Part shown: piece after piece, positions 61,417 to 64,000 of the stretch | Layout of the letters: every line of letters starts with the position of its first letter | Numbering within the stretch: the stretch's first letter is position 1 | NCBI RefSeq assembly: GCF_058153355.1 | Contig: NZ_CM177019.1 | Length of the DNA stretch: 64,000 nucleotides | Direction: 5' to 3' (one strand) | Made by a program: the position numbers and the translations under genes | The notes under the pieces: model-generated | What the model saw: only the letters and a program-made list of their open reading frames with translations | Told to the model about the DNA's origin: nothing | Database searches by the model: none

Positions 61417-62352
61417 ATGGCACTGCCAATTCTGTTAGATTGCGACCCAGGTCATGACGACGCTATCGCAATAGTTCTTGCCCTCGCCTCACCAGAGCTT
61501 GATGTCAAAGCAATTACGTCTTCCGCCGGAAACCAGACTCCAGAAAAAACCTTACGCAATGTTCTGCGTATGCTGACCTTGCTCAATCGCACCGATATTC
61601 CGGTAGCAGGCGGCGCGGTAAAACCGTTAATGCGTGAGTTGATTATCGCGGACAATGTGCACGGCGAAAGCGGTCTCGACGGCCCGGCATTACCGGAACC
61701 AACGTTCGCACCGCAAAACTGCACGGCGGTGGAGTTGATGGCGAAAACGCTGCGTGAAAGTGCGGAACCTGTCACGATTGTTTCTACCGGGCCGCAAACT
61801 AACGTTGCCTTGCTGCTCAATAGCCATCCGGAACTGCATAGCAAAATGGCCCGTATCGTGATTATGGGCGGCGCAATGGGGCTTGGTAACTGGACGCCAG
61901 CGGCAGAATTTAATATTTACGTTGACCCAGAAGCGGCAGAAATTGTCTTCCAGTCAGGGATACCGGTGGTGATGGCCGGTCTGGATGTTACTCACAAAGC
62001 GCAAATTCACGTTGAGGACACCGAGCGTTTCCGCACCATTGGTAACCCGGTTTCTACCATTGTTGCCGAACTGCTGGATTTCTTCCTCGAATATCACAAA
62101 GACGAAAAATGGGGCTTTGTGGGCGCACCGCTGCATGACCCATGCACCATCGCCTGGCTGTTGAAACCCGAGTTGTTTACCACTGTTGAGCGCTGGGTTG
62201 GCGTGGAAACACAGGGGAAATATACTCAGGGCATGACGGTTGTTGATTATTATTATCTGACGGGCAATAAACCGAATGCCACTGTAATGGTCGACGTTGA
62301 TCGTCAGGGCTTTGTTGATTTACTGGCTGAGCGTCTGAAATTTTACGCTTAA
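61417..62352 (+). CDS. rihA: Pyrimidine-specific ribonucleoside hydrolase
   Basis: 311 aa from [16 protein letters not shown] (nucleoside hydrolase DxDxxxDD motif). Confidence 0.9.
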   Translation: MALPILLDCDPGHDDAIAIVLALASPELDVKAITSSAGNQTPEKTLRNVLRMLTLLNRTDIPVAGGAVKPLMRELIIADNVHGESGLDGPALPEPTFAPQNCTAVELMAKTLRESAEPVTIVSTGPQTNVALLLNSHPELHSKMARIVIMGGAMGLGNWTPAAEFNIYVDPEAAEIVFQSGIPVVMAGLDVTHKAQIHVEDTERFRTIGNPVSTIVAELLDFFLEYHKDEKWGFVGAPLHDPCTIAWLLKPELFTTVERWVGVETQGKYTQGMTVVDYYYLTGNKPNATVMVDVDRQGFVDLLAERLKFYA

Positions 62353-62435
62353 CACACGTCATTGATTAAGATCACCACGCGTTACCTGGGTGGTCTTAAT
62401 CTGTTTATCTCTTTTTCCTTTAAGATATAAATGCA

Positions 62436-64000
62436 ATGGATAATGCAGAACTCGCCATTGGTATCTATCTCGGTACTACCAATAGTTTAATTGCCGTCTG
62501 GAAAGACGGTGCCGCGCAATTAATTCCAAATAAGTTCGGTGAATATTTAACACCATCCATAATTAGCATGGATGAAAATAATCATATTTTAGTCGGAAAA
62601 CCGGCTGTATCACGGCGCACTTCGCATCCGGATAAAACCGCCGCATTATTTAAACGCTCAATGGGCAGTAATACCAACTGGCGGTTAGGCAGCGACACAT
62701 TTAACGCACCAGAACTGTCCTCTTTGGTCTTACGTTCATTAAAAGAAGATGCCGAAGAATTTCTGCAACGTTCTATTAAAAATGTGGTGATCTCCGTTCC
62801 GGCTTATTTCAGCGATGAACAACGCAAGCATACCCGTTTAGCAGCGGAGTTAGCCGGGTTAAATGCGGTACGCTTAATTAATGAACCCACAGCAGCTGCA
62901 ATGGCGTATGGCCTGCATACCCAACAAAATACCCGTTCGCTGGTGTTTGATCTCGGTGGCGGCACGTTTGACGTTACGGTGCTTGAGTACGCCACGCCGG
63001 TGATTGAAGTTCACGCCTCCGCTGGCGACAACTTTCTTGGCGGCGAAGATTTTACTCATATGCTGGTGGATGAAGTTTTAAAACGCGCCGCAGTGGCTAA
63101 AAACATGCTCAACGAAAGTGAGCTGGCAGCCCTGTACACCAGCGTGGAAGCGGCAAAATGCAGCAATCAATTACCGCTACAAATTAGCTGGCAGTATCAG
63201 GAAGAAACGCGTGAGTGCGAATTTTACGAGAACGAACTGGAAGATTTGTGGTTGCCGCTGCTCAATCGCTTGCGAGTGCCGATTGAACAGGCGTTGCGCG
63301 ATGCGCGTCTGAAACCGAGTCAAATCGACAGTCTGGTGCTGGTTGGCGGCGCGTCACAAATGCCGCTAGTGCAACGAATCGCCGTGCGTCTGTTTGGCAA
63401 ATTGCCATATCAAAGTTACGACCCGAGCACCATTGTCGCGCTGGGCGCAGCGATCCAGGCCGCCTGCCGCTTACGCAGCGAAGACATTGAAGAAGTGATC
63501 CTCACCGATATTTGCCCCTACTCCTTAGGTGTTGAAGTTAACCGCCAGGGCGTTTCCGGCATTTTCTCACCGATTATTGAACGAAACACCACTGTACCGG
63601 TGTCGCGTGTAGAAACTTACTCGACCATGCACCCGGAACAGGATTCAATTACGGTTAACGTCTATCAGGGAGAAAACCACAAAGTTAAAAATAACATTCT
63701 GGTGGAATCCTTCGATGTGCCGTTGAAGAAAACCGGGGCTTATCAGTCGATTGATATTCGCTTTAGTTATGATATCAACGGGTTGCTTGAAGTTGACGTG
63801 CTTCTGGAAGACGGCAGCGTTAAGTCCAGAGTCATTAATCACAGTCCTGTAACATTGAGCGCACAGCAGATTGAAGAGAGTCGGACGCGGTTATCCGCAT
63901 TGAAAATTTATCCACGCGATATGCTCATCAACCGCACCTTTAAGGCCAAACTGGAAGAGTTGTGGGCGCGGGCGCTGGGTGACGAGCGAGAAGAGATCGG
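62436..64000 (+). CDS. hscC: Hsp70-family chaperone HscC, 5' portion only; continues beyond window end
   Basis: Open frame from MDNAELAIGIYLGTTNSLIAVW with Hsp70 signatures (DLGGGTFD); no stop within the window. Confidence 0.8.
   Translation, partial: MDNAELAIGIYLGTTNSLIAVWKDGAAQLIPNKFGEYLTPSIISMDENNHILVGKPAVSRRTSHPDKTAALFKRSMGSNTNWRLGSDTFNAPELSSLVLRSLKEDAEEFLQRSIKNVVISVPAYFSDEQRKHTRLAAELAGLNAVRLINEPTAAAMAYGLHTQQNTRSLVFDLGGGTFDVTVLEYATPVIEVHASAGDNFLGGEDFTHMLVDEVLKRAAVAKNMLNESELAALYTSVEAAKCSNQLPLQISWQYQEETRECEFYENELEDLWLPLLNRLRVPIEQALRDARLKPSQIDSLVLVGGASQMPLVQRIAVRLFGKLPYQSYDPSTIVALGAAIQAACRLRSEDIEEVILTDICPYSLGVEVNRQGVSGIFSPIIERNTTVPVSRVETYSTMHPEQDSITVNVYQGENHKVKNNILVESFDVPLKKTGAYQSIDIRFSYDINGLLEVDVLLEDGSVKSRVINHSPVTLSAQQIEESRTRLSALKIYPRDMLINRTFKAKLEELWARALGDEREEI

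Overview
Enterobacterial (Escherichia coli-type) chromosomal window, read by eye without tools; gene identities come from recognising the translated ORFs and from memory of the E. coli K-12 map (the window runs in reverse orientation to it). Core backbone in order: nei (partial), pxpACB-ybgI, dtpD, phr-ybgA, ybfA, kdpFABCDE, speFL-speF-potE, a DUF2625 gene, ybfP, pgm-seqA, ybfF, ybfE, fldA, uof-fur, chiQ-chiP, glnS, nagE / nagBACD, asnB, a seven-tRNA cluster (Met-Leu-Gln-Gln-Met-Gln-Gln), ubiF, miaB-ybeZ-ybeY-corC-lnt, gltIJKL, rihA and the start of hscC. Three accessory insertions stand out. (1) At 7.1-14.2 kb, next to a decayed H-repeat (ISAs1-type) transposase, sits an orphan type VI secretion cargo module: vgrG, then a 921-aa multidomain cell-wall hydrolase effector candidate (T4-lysozyme-like C-terminus, M23/LytM-like middle domain, EF-hand loop), then a very AT-rich signal-peptide protein that is the likely immunity partner. 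This is the strongest candidate for a poorly described system. (2) At 44.19-45.47 kb an IS110-family element (IS621-like, DEDD recombinase) is inserted into a REP element between nagD and asnB, flanked by CT cores, with a roughly 180-nt non-coding left end that looks like a bridge (guide) RNA. (3) At 55.7-57.6 kb there is a rhomboid protease fused to a C-terminal beta-propeller, at the position where I recall an IS5 copy in K-12. A roughly 140-bp diverged copy of the kdpE 3' end also flanks the speFL-speF-potE block. Starts of several genes were re-set to internal methionines where the six-frame ORF over-extends.
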